A stretch of DNA of 64,000 nt from Tortispora ganteri (taxonomy: Eukaryota), in assembly GCA_003707115.1 (NCBI GenBank), contig PPNB01000005.1, positions 186,001 to 250,000 of the forward strand, written 5' to 3'. This document shows, in pieces, positions 54,050 through 62,659 of this stretch (its first letter is position 1; each line of letters opens with the position of its first letter). A program made the translations under genes and the position numbers. Below the pieces are notes generated by a model, which was not told the origin of the DNA, did no database searches, and saw only the letters and a program-made list of their open reading frames with translations.

Positions 54050-55747
54050 ATGGGCCAGAAGAACGTTATTAAACGGTTCGCCAAATGGATCGAGATCCCT
54101 GTTGATCCAAATTCTGTCACTACTACGGCATCTTACAACCGCGACACTATGCCTCTCCCGCCATCTAGGCGTACCTACGGTCCCTGGCAGTTCGTCGGTC
54201 TTTGGATCGTCACCGGCTCCTTCAATATCGGTGGCTGGACCACCGGCTCCTCTGTTATGGCCTTGGGACTCAACGTCTGGCAGGCTATGATTACTGTCAT
54301 TGTTGGTCACTGTATGGTCGCAGGTATCTGTCTTCTCTCCGGATTCCCGGGTGCTAAGTGGCATATCGGTTTTCCTATTCTTCAAAAATCCTCTTGGGGC
54401 ATGTACGGTGGATATTTCCCGCTCATCAACCGTATCTTCCTTAGTTTTATTTGGTACAGTACACAAGTCTGGTGGGGTGGTCAATGTATTAAGACATTCT
54501 TGACCGCAATCGCCCCAAGCTATAGAAGCCTCAACAAACCTTTAGCCAACGGTACAATGACAACAGGAGACTTCACTGCCTTTATTATATTCTCGATTCT
54601 TTGTTTGCCTATTATCTGGATCCCGCCAGAGCGCTACCACAAATTTTTCGCCGCTTCTGCCCTTATGGTCATTCCCTGTGTCTTCGCACTGCTCGGATGG
54701 TGCGTCGCCACAGCCGGCGGACCTGGCCCGCTAGTTACCGACCCTACGGCCGTAGGTATTGAGGAACCTACAGGTTCTAATCTTGGCTGGATGTTTGTTC
54801 TCGGTATCGTCTCGAATATAGGTGGTATCTCTACACATATCTTCTCGCAGTCCGACTTCACCAGATTCGCTAGAAAACCCGCTGACCAGGTTCTCTCGCA
54901 AGCCGTCATGGTTCCCCTTGGTACTATTGTGGTTTCCTTAATCGGAATCATTTGTACTTCATGTGCAGCTCAGATCTTCCCCGATGCAGGATACCTCATG
55001 TGGGAACCATTTGATCTGCTAGCCCACATTCAACTTAATTTCAACGACTCCTCTAGATCGCGTTGTGCTGTCGCTTTTGCCAGTATTTGTTTCATTATGT
55101 CTCAGTTCGGTATTGCTGTTGCTGAGAATGCTTTGTCGAATGGTATCGATCTCTCTGGTTTGTTGCCGAGGTACTTTAACCTGCGCAGAGGTGGTTATTT
55201 GACAGCCGCTATTGCTTTTATCATGCAGCCCTGGCAACTGCTTAACGGTGCGTCAAAATTTTTATCTGTGGTTGGCGGCTATGCTGTTTTCCTCGGCCCA
55301 TTTTCCGGTGTGATGTTTGCCGACTACTACTATGTACGCCGTCGGAATCTTAAGTTGTCGCACTTGTACGAAGCTACAGAGGCAAGTATTTACTGGTACA
55401 CAAAAGGTGTGAACTGGAGAGCGCCAGTCTGTTGGATCATGGGAGTTTGGCCGTTATTGCCTGGGTTTGCGTGGTACGTACAGCATGGTGCGGGTCCGGA
55501 TAACATGGGTGGCTGGTCACACTTGTATTATCTTTCGTGGATTCTTGGATGTCTTATTTCGTTTGTACTCTATGCGGCGTCGTCGCATATATGGAAGTTC
55601 AAGGATCCAAAGGCTGTGGATGACGAAGACTACTTCGGCACATTCACTGAGAAGGGTATCACACAGCCTCCTGAGATGGAAGTGATCGCGGCCTCTGACG
55701 ACTCTTCTCTGGCAACAGAGGAGCAGGAGACGTTCATCAAGGACTAA
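54050..55747 (+). CDS. NCS1 nucleobase-cation symporter (Fur4/Dal4/Thi7-like)
   Basis: NRDTMPLPPSRRT, GLNVWQA, GAKWHIGFP, SDFTRFA, GIDLSGLLPRYFNLRRG, QPWQL, GVMFADYY, YWYTKGVNWRA. Confidence 0.93.
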   Translation: MGQKNVIKRFAKWIEIPVDPNSVTTTASYNRDTMPLPPSRRTYGPWQFVGLWIVTGSFNIGGWTTGSSVMALGLNVWQAMITVIVGHCMVAGICLLSGFPGAKWHIGFPILQKSSWGMYGGYFPLINRIFLSFIWYSTQVWWGGQCIKTFLTAIAPSYRSLNKPLANGTMTTGDFTAFIIFSILCLPIIWIPPERYHKFFAASALMVIPCVFALLGWCVATAGGPGPLVTDPTAVGIEEPTGSNLGWMFVLGIVSNIGGISTHIFSQSDFTRFARKPADQVLSQAVMVPLGTIVVSLIGIICTSCAAQIFPDAGYLMWEPFDLLAHIQLNFNDSSRSRCAVAFASICFIMSQFGIAVAENALSNGIDLSGLLPRYFNLRRGGYLTAAIAFIMQPWQLLNGASKFLSVVGGYAVFLGPFSGVMFADYYYVRRRNLKLSHLYEATEASIYWYTKGVNWRAPVCWIMGVWPLLPGFAWYVQHGAGPDNMGGWSHLYYLSWILGCLISFVLYAASSHIWKFKDPKAVDDEDYFGTFTEKGITQPPEMEVIAASDDSSLATEEQETFIKD

Positions 55748-55912
55748 TTGTTTATACAGATACTATTTCTGCTACGTAGTATTATATTTTATTACTGTTT
55801 TTGTGATTTTATAGCCAATAGAAGCTAGAACAGATAATCAAAACTCTATTTTGTATTAAGTGTTTTTTCTTTACTTATCCTCCGACTGAGCGGGACGCGC
55901 AGGACGCAAACA

Positions 55913-57301
55913 ATGAATATTGACGATCGAAATTCGTATATTTTGGACATTCTGTCGCATTCTTTGCAGGCTCTAGACGGTATCGATTCCGAAACGACTA
56001 TGGTGAGTCTCGGGTGTGGGTATTTTGCGGAAATGAGTATACCTGATGCGCGGCAATTCCTGACACGCAAGATCAACTCTTTAACGCCGCAGAACGAGCA
56101 ACTAATGACTTCTGATGGTCTTCCTACTGTCGATATTGTTGAGAAGATTGATGAGGATGGAAATGTGATAGAATCGAGTGTTAGGCCGCACGATATAAGT
56201 GATCTGCAGAGCTTTGCTGAATCGAGTCTCAGACAGCTTCGCAATAAGTCGAGTAACCACGAGAATAAAAGCGATCATGAGACTGAAAGCGATCATGAGA
56301 ATAAAAGCGATCATGAGAACGAAAGCGATCATGAGAATGAAAATACAAATATTCTTGAAAGTGAAAAGACCGCCGCTGTTACACCAGCAAGTCTTAACGA
56401 TTCAACTCCTATTGAGAAGATCGAAACCACAGAATCAAGAGATGTTTCACAATCGCCCATTTCTACTGAAAACGAGTTCCCTAACGATATAACTAAATCG
56501 ATGATGGAAATAGAGGAACTGGCAGCGCAAGCATTGACTTTTGAAGTCGATATAGATGAAGACGAAGACGACGATTACTACGATATAGACACCGAAGATG
56601 AAGACGAATTTGGCCGAACAAGGGGCACTTTGTTTCCTTTTGACGCGGCTAAGCTGTTAAATTTGAAAGATACTGAAATTGAAGGAAGTGGTTCTAATTC
56701 AGGTGAAAGCTCAGATACGAGCTCGAAGAAGAACGTACGGTTTTCTGAAAGTATTGATGTTGTGCGATTCAAGAAGAACCAAGCAGTAAAAATGCCAGCT
56801 AAATCACATGCAAACCGCTCTAATTCTTCTAAACTACCATTGAAATCGTCAATCAAGAATACAGAGCCCTTTAGGTCTGAGATCATTATTCCGGAATCAA
56901 CCAGTACCGACGGCTCGGCGGCAGAATTCCAGAACCGAGCTATGGAACTGCTAAATTCTCTTGAAAAACAAAAATCAAGTACTGCAGTGGTTTCCGATAT
57001 ATCTGAAGTACAGCACGAGTCTTCTTCGTCTTCTGAAGAAGAATATGACGATGTCTCGTTTTCGAAACCTGTACTTTCAGATATCATTGAACATACCGAT
57101 TCCGACACGTTCAGTAGCGATTCCGATGATGAGTACGACTCAGATTTAGAACGCGAGAAAATATCTGCGGCGTATCATCAACAAAGACAGAAAATGCTGC
57201 TGCAGCAGATGTCCTATGCCGAAAGGGCTAAGGTCGACGAAACACAGAACGATCCTGATGTTCCTAGAGCTAGCCTGTTCCGCAGATCACGACTAGGCTA
57301 A
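55913..57301 (+). CDS. BUD27: Bud27/URI prefoldin-like protein
   Basis: Alpha-prefoldin motif MVSLGCGYFAEMS...FLTRKI; acidic tract with EDEFGRT; KKNVRF (PP1-type RVxF); C-terminal SLFRRSR. Confidence 0.8.
   Translation: MNIDDRNSYILDILSHSLQALDGIDSETTMVSLGCGYFAEMSIPDARQFLTRKINSLTPQNEQLMTSDGLPTVDIVEKIDEDGNVIESSVRPHDISDLQSFAESSLRQLRNKSSNHENKSDHETESDHENKSDHENESDHENENTNILESEKTAAVTPASLNDSTPIEKIETTESRDVSQSPISTENEFPNDITKSMMEIEELAAQALTFEVDIDEDEDDDYYDIDTEDEDEFGRTRGTLFPFDAAKLLNLKDTEIEGSGSNSGESSDTSSKKNVRFSESIDVVRFKKNQAVKMPAKSHANRSNSSKLPLKSSIKNTEPFRSEIIIPESTSTDGSAAEFQNRAMELLNSLEKQKSSTAVVSDISEVQHESSSSSEEEYDDVSFSKPVLSDIIEHTDSDTFSSDSDDEYDSDLEREKISAAYHQQRQKMLLQQMSYAERAKVDETQNDPDVPRASLFRRSRLG
56261..56340 (+). 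repeat. 18-bp coding tandem repeat, about 4.4 copies (SDHE[NT][KE])
   Basis: AAAGCGATCATGAGA recurs four times with an 18-nt period. Confidence 0.9.
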
Positions 57302-57509
57302 TTTTTTCTGTTAACCTAATGATGATATGCGGATTTTAATGTGTTTAATACACTGGTTGTTTGTACAAACGAATAAAAACGTATTCCTTGTAGCATGCGT
57401 ATACGTTGTTACCGTTGCTATGCAATTTAAATTAAAGTTCAGCTGTCAAATAAACAACGATGAGAAGGTAAACAACCGACACAACTCAGACTTACCCTAG
57501 CCAGACAGA

Positions 57510-58547
57510 ATGTTGGATATTATTGACGATAACAGTAGCGGTGGATTATATGGCAAGTCTGGCAAGATTCATTTGTGGGAGGACGACAAGCTGAGAGAGG
57601 ATGTGCAATCTGATTTCGGATCTGAAAAGACAGGACACACCGCTAGGTTAGAGCGATTACTTGATAACGAAAAACCAGGCAGCATTCTGAGTAAATCAAA
57701 GCATGCTGGCAGTGAAAAGGCTAGAAAGGTCCCTGATTTCACTGGTATTAGTGCTATTTTCAATTCTACAACACAGGGCAAGCATCTGTTTGGAGTCAAA
57801 GACATTCCGGACATGCACAAGTCAAACCTGCTGAAGGAGGCATTCGAAGAGATAGAGGAAGAGAAAGCCAGAATACTGCGTGAAAAGATACAAATTGATC
57901 AGGAAAAAGAAGAGCTAAAGAAAATCAATGACGAGCTAAGATCATCTCTAGAAAGCGAACTACAAGAAAGAAAGAAACTACAAGAAAGAGTGAACGCGCT
58001 CGAACTATTTATTAACCAATCAAATTCTAATCTGAAACACAAACGTAAATCATCAGGTACAGTTCACACGAAAGATTCCGGTTCAAATTCGTCTATGGGT
58101 CAATATTCACCTATTGAGGAAATCCAGAGACTTCTGGCTACAACTGCTACAGAAGACAATACCGAAGAAAGTACTGATTGCGAATGCTCTAAAGGTAATA
58201 AATTTGACAATAATGAATGCAAAATTTGTGCAAGACGGTTGAGAAATTTTAGCGGTGATAGCACTGAAGAGATTGAAAATATACCACCTTCTGAAGCACT
58301 GGATATGGTGTTTAAGAATATTAAAAGCACTTACGTTTCTAAACTGAAACAATTGCAGGATTCTGTTCAAGAATTGATTCAATTAAACCCAGAGGATTCA
58401 CCCAAATTACACAAAAAGATTCAGCAAGAAATCCAATCACTAGCAGGATCAATATCGACAATGCAAGACCATTTGTTCTTGATTAGTGAGGCCTCGAAAC
58501 AGACACCAAGTTTTCAAAATGGAAATGGCCCGGTATGGTATGAATAA
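57510..58547 (+). CDS. Coiled-coil protein, putative Cep57/Ppc89-like spindle pole body component
   Basis: VPDFTGIS motif, central coiled coil, CKIC, and C-terminal PPSEALDMVF...LNPEDS...IQQEIQSL...QDHLFLI resembling the fungal Cep57 microtubule-binding domain. Confidence 0.5.
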   Translation: MLDIIDDNSSGGLYGKSGKIHLWEDDKLREDVQSDFGSEKTGHTARLERLLDNEKPGSILSKSKHAGSEKARKVPDFTGISAIFNSTTQGKHLFGVKDIPDMHKSNLLKEAFEEIEEEKARILREKIQIDQEKEELKKINDELRSSLESELQERKKLQERVNALELFINQSNSNLKHKRKSSGTVHTKDSGSNSSMGQYSPIEEIQRLLATTATEDNTEESTDCECSKGNKFDNNECKICARRLRNFSGDSTEEIENIPPSEALDMVFKNIKSTYVSKLKQLQDSVQELIQLNPEDSPKLHKKIQQEIQSLAGSISTMQDHLFLISEASKQTPSFQNGNGPVWYE

Positions 58548-58645
58548 GCGCAGATAATGAATGACTATGTTTTATTAAGACATGAATTGATATATTGCTG
58601 ATTATCTTTCACTTTGGTCGCGACACCGTAACTTATCGTTCACCT

Positions 58646-59003
58646 ATGTCCCAAGACGAGCGTGCATTAGAGGGTACTTTAGAAGAGGTACTAGCGCCAG
58701 GAGAGGATGCATTAAGTCAGGCTATTGTTAGAGTAGAATTTACTCAGGAGCATCTTATTGAAGAATTGGATTTATTAAAGAAGAGTAAGTAGCGTTGCAT
58801 TATTACAATGTGTGTGCGTCACTCAGGGTGTTAACGATTTAGAATTGGAATTTTATAGCAAACAAAGCGAACCAGTCGACTTAAAGTCTACCATCAGTAA
58901 AATCGAAAATGTGAAATCTAAGCTGCAAGATATCAGGTATCGGTTGAATTCCGCTGAACGTTCATTAGAGAAACTGGAAAGAGTATCGCGGTACAGGTAC
59001 TAG
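58646..59003 (+). CDS. BLOC-1/BORC Snapin-like subunit; exons 58646-58784 and 58843-59003, intron 58785-58842
   Basis: 58-nt intron GTAAGT...TGTTAAC..TTTAG joins two ORFs in frame into a 99-aa two-helix protein (TQEHLIEELDLL...KIENVKSKL...RLNSAERSL). Confidence 0.7.
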
Positions 59004-59148
59004 CGAAGTAGCAATTGTTATAATAAGAGGTGAAAGCCTTCACATATTTACCGTGAGCACATATTAATTTGAGATTTAGATTACGAATATTTACAAGTAT
59101 GACGTTATTTCTTTTTTTTTATGTGAGAAATGATAGATAGGTCATAGT

Positions 59149-59619
59149 TCATCGTACGCGTAGCAAAGCCTGGCCACCTGTATTGTAGCTGATAGCGGTA
59201 CGTGCTTCAATTAGGCCGAAATCGGCAGTATGCAAAAAAAGTGACTCTCCAGGGTCTAGCGGTGCGAGATAACCGCACTTTCTACCGTTTATGAGACTTT
59301 TGAGATCTGATACCGAGACAAAGCACTTTCTTGAGGGTTTTGTAAGCATTTGGAGTTTTGACATGACTGGACGGCCGTTGTGGTACTTCAAACCAATCCA
59401 GAGTTTGCGGTCAGCGACATTTGAAGGAGTAGTCGGTGTATATTCTGCATCGGGGCCTACGGAGCTACCGCGTTGGACGGATGATATGAACCCTTCGCGT
59501 AAAAGATTTACTGCGACATTCAAGTGGAGTTTAGTGAGTGGTACAGCTGTAAGAGTATGTTTGGCCATCACTGAGTTCTGCAAGTGAGAGCACATATGAC
59601 TTAGAAGAACAAGCGACAT
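59149..59619 (-). CDS. MRPS8: Mitochondrial ribosomal protein S8
   Basis: MSLVLLSHMCSHLQN, LLREGFISSVQRGS, RKLWIGLKY, KPSR. Confidence 0.93.
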   Translation of the reverse strand: MSLVLLSHMCSHLQNSVMAKHTLTAVPLTKLHLNVAVNLLREGFISSVQRGSSVGPDAEYTPTTPSNVADRKLWIGLKYHNGRPVMSKLQMLTKPSRKCFVSVSDLKSLINGRKCGYLAPLDPGESLFLHTADFGLIEARTAISYNTGGQALLRVR

Positions 59620-59867
59620 CGTGAATAGTTCCTTGTTCTTCTATGGTGGTTTATTATGCAGATTTGCTGGTATAACAAACAGCAGGTGGATCGAGATTGG
59701 TTGGAGGTCAAGTTTTTCGAAGGGACGGAGGTTGTGGCCCAATTGGGACCGTGCGGCTGTCTACCACCTACGATTTCAATTACCTGCTAGTACTGTATAA
59801 ACATTACTTCTGCAACTACAGCGTTTATTAACCAACATAGATATTAACGAATCCAGCGTATATATAC

Positions 59868-60227
59868 ATGGATAATCCAATAAATGGTAGACGACGCCGT
59901 GAAAAGGTAGTACTCGGCCAAGGGTACTCGCCGCTTGACTGGGCGCGGCTGAAGTCATCTGGAGCAGACTTACGAGGCGGTATAAGGGGAGTCGTACGCG
60001 TATCGAAGGAGGAGCTGAGTAAGCATGACAGCGAAACAGATGCGTGGACGGTATTAGGGAACAAGGTGTACAATATCACGCCTTACTTGAAGTTTCATCC
60101 TGGTGGTGTGCCTGAGATCATGCGATGTGCTGGCAAAGATGGCACAAAGTTGTTTAATTATACGCATAGTTGGGTCAATTATGACTCGATGCTGCAGAAC
60201 TGTTTTATTGGTCCATACATTCGGTAG
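59868..60227 (+). CDS. Soluble cytochrome b5-like heme-binding protein (Irc21-like)
   Basis: KVVLGQGYSPLDWARL, KVYNITPYLKFHPGG, GKDGTKLF, HSWVN. Confidence 0.9.
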   Translation: MDNPINGRRRREKVVLGQGYSPLDWARLKSSGADLRGGIRGVVRVSKEELSKHDSETDAWTVLGNKVYNITPYLKFHPGGVPEIMRCAGKDGTKLFNYTHSWVNYDSMLQNCFIGPYIR

Positions 60228-60375
60228 GTGCTTCTGGCGTGGCGGCTGGCGTTGCTGTTGGCGGTGGCGGCCTTGGCTAGTCAACCCCCACAAGTCTTTA
60301 GTGGGAACAGGTCTTTTGTTCTGTTACTTAAACACTCACTTAACCGGCAAAAACGGACCCAGGCGGCAGCACTAA

Positions 60376-60570
60376 ATGGGCCTGACACCTAAACAGATAA
60401 AGGGTATAGCTTATATTACTGCGTCTATTCCATTATTAGGCGTTACTACATACCAACTACAAAAGCGATTAGTCAAAGGCGAGACGCGCCGTCGCAGAAT
60501 AGGCGAATTGAACCCTGATGGAACAACACGATTATATACAGAAGAAGAGCTCAAAAAACGATACAGCTGA
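60376..60570 (+). CDS. 64-aa single-pass membrane microprotein, function unknown
   Basis: Hydrophobic stretch IAYITASIPLLGVTTYQL followed by basic KRL...GE; overlaps the next ORF. Confidence 0.55.
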   Translation: MGLTPKQIKGIAYITASIPLLGVTTYQLQKRLVKGETRRRRIGELNPDGTTRLYTEEELKKRYS

Positions 60571-60883
60571 ACTATCACTGTCAAGTAAGCGCAAATTCGA
60601 ATCGTCCACCTCTAAAACAAAACGAGCTAAGATACAGATAAACCTCAAATCTGGCGTTGCGAAAAAAATCACACCACGATCCTCAAAAGATGACAATATA
60701 CAAGTGACTGTCGAAAAAGATGACACAATAAAATCAGTAATGGGATTCTCTAAATTCAAGTCTACAAAAGGCAAGCATGTTCCCGGAAATTCACAAGGTG
60801 GCGTGTACAGAGCCATGAAGCTGCAGTACCGACAGTACATGAACCGGCCCGAAGGTTTCAATAGAGAACTGTCATCGAAATAG
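60518..60883 (+). CDS. U4/U6.U5 tri-snRNP 27K protein homolog (SNRNP27)
   Basis: C-terminal MGFSKFKSTKGKHVPGN...QYRQYMNRPEGFNRELS; start codon uncertain. Confidence 0.85.
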   Translation: MEQHDYIQKKSSKNDTAELSLSSKRKFESSTSKTKRAKIQINLKSGVAKKITPRSSKDDNIQVTVEKDDTIKSVMGFSKFKSTKGKHVPGNSQGGVYRAMKLQYRQYMNRPEGFNRELSSK

Positions 60884-60996
60884 ACGTCTTGTTAGTAGTT
60901 TACTTGTTTCTGTCTAATTTATGTACACTCTTTCTCTTGTGAACTTTTATTCTTTTTCTTACACTCTGATCTGTCTTATTCTATCCCTATTGGTCA

Positions 60997-61812
60997 TTAG
61001 AACTTGTACACCTGATCCTCAGAGTATCCGAGTTCTTTGAGCAGTCCAGCTAACTCACCCTGGTCCAGCGCTGATTCTTTTTCGCCGGACATGGCCTTGT
61101 AAAATCCTGGAGGTCCGCATACGAATATTTTCACATTTGGCTCGGATGGGTTGGTCACCTGTTCTAACAACTCTCTGTCGATAAATCCCACACGACCTTT
61201 CCATTCGGGGCTAGGATGGTCCAGTGTGTACACTATTTTGAACTGCAACGGATGCTCTGCCTGTAACTTGTTCAGCTCCTCCTTGAGGAGTATATCTGAC
61301 TCATGCACATTGCCATACAGGAGTGTTAATCTAGTTTTATCTAGTGGGTTCGAGAGAACACCTCTGATTAACTGGTAGAGCGGCGTTATGCCTGTTCCGC
61401 CGCCCAACAACACGAGATGGTCGTGTTGGTTAGGCATAAGCGGGTACTTTGAAATAGGCCCGAGCATCTGGATCTTGTCGCCGACATTCATATTGTGCAC
61501 ATAGACAGAGGCAGTGCCCTGTGGGTACTTTTTGATCAGCAGCTCGACCGTATCAGGATTTTCGAGTTCACTGATCGGAGTGTATGGACGAATCACTTCG
61601 TCATCTTCGGTATCGCCAAACCTGATAAAGATTGCAGAAGTGACTTTCAAGCCAGACCTTGTATATCCTTTTGGCAATTGGAATAGAAATCGCGCAGTGT
61701 TAGAATTGTATCGATCGATCTTGATGAGAGTAGCGCTTATCCAGTCGTGATGGAACACGTCAGTCTCCACGGCGCCTAGATGAGCGAGAATTTTGCGCAG
61801 CCTTGCAGACAT
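60997..61812 (-). CDS. NADH-cytochrome b5 reductase, Mcr1-type, with N-terminal PTS2-like motif
   Basis: IRPYTPIS, LIKKYPQG, GGGTGITPLYQ, CGPPG, DQGEL..LLKELGY..DQVYKF; N-terminus RLRKILAHL. Confidence 0.92.
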   Translation of the reverse strand: MSARLRKILAHLGAVETDVFHHDWISATLIKIDRYNSNTARFLFQLPKGYTRSGLKVTSAIFIRFGDTEDDEVIRPYTPISELENPDTVELLIKKYPQGTASVYVHNMNVGDKIQMLGPISKYPLMPNQHDHLVLLGGGTGITPLYQLIRGVLSNPLDKTRLTLLYGNVHESDILLKEELNKLQAEHPLQFKIVYTLDHPSPEWKGRVGFIDRELLEQVTNPSEPNVKIFVCGPPGFYKAMSGEKESALDQGELAGLLKELGYSEDQVYKF

Positions 61813-62123
61813 GTTATTAATGCAAGTGTAGAGTTGGTTATTATTGCGCAGATGAATGAAATTGGTTTTCGGAGCAATGGGTGGAGAATTAGGTGGAGAA
61901 AAAAAGGTAAATGGAGTGCGTATAGAGGTTCGCGCGGTAGTCTTTTTTTTTTACCCATTGACTCCATTTTACCTCCACCAAAATCGAACGTCCTGGTTGG
62001 ACAATTATCTTCGGTTAATTCTTTGGGTCAAAGAAATTTCGGAGTACTGAAGAAGGTAAAACTAGCGGCATATAGAGATCAGAGTTAGAGCGAAAATCGT
62101 CTGTATTTATTGATTATCTATCG

Positions 62124-62543
62124 ATGGAGCTCGACGAAGTGTCATGGAGGTCGCCCGAATGGGTACGTATGAATGGACTGACTACGGAAAATGTACTGGA
62201 TTATTTTGCACTTTCGCCATTTTATGATCGTACGGCGAACAATCAAGTATTGAAAATGCAGCAAGTGACAGGATCACTGATTGAACAGCTGCGACGAATG
62301 CGTGGCATTGAGTTCGTAGTAGCTGTAGCCAAAGAACCAGAATTGTGGATAATACGGAAACAGAATCGGATTGGTCCTGACGAGACGATTCCATTAAGCA
62401 CATATTTTGTGGCCAACGAGATCATTTATATGGCACCGAGCGTTTATTCGGTGGTGTCTTCGCATGTACTAAATTTGACGAGATCTCTAAAAGACTCTCT
62501 TGCTGCAGCTTCTGCTATATTGAACGACGAATATACGAATTAA
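62124..62543 (+). CDS. MED6: Mediator subunit 6
   Basis: LDEVSWRSPEW, NVLDYFALSPFYDRTANNQVLKMQ, GIEF, WIIRKQ, YMAPS. Confidence 0.93.
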   Translation: MELDEVSWRSPEWVRMNGLTTENVLDYFALSPFYDRTANNQVLKMQQVTGSLIEQLRRMRGIEFVVAVAKEPELWIIRKQNRIGPDETIPLSTYFVANEIIYMAPSVYSVVSSHVLNLTRSLKDSLAAASAILNDEYTN

Positions 62544-62659
62544 GACTTGCATGTTAGTATAATTTTGCATTTATACAGTTATGTAATTAATTTTAATGAA
62601 ATATAATGACATTTTACTTCAATTTTTAAACAAACTACTATAGCTTAACTTTCGACTGA

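Noticed and set aside
57460..57509. Possible mini exon ATGAGAAG plus 41-nt intron before the Cep57-like ORF
   Set aside because: Very short intron, weak GTAAAC donor and no clear branch point; it would add only three residues
60277..60339. Minus-strand GTGAGT...TTGACTAG intron-like segment next to a GC-rich TGGCG tract
   Set aside because: No upstream ATG-initiated open exon was found in the frames examined; overlaps the UTR or promoter of plus-strand genes
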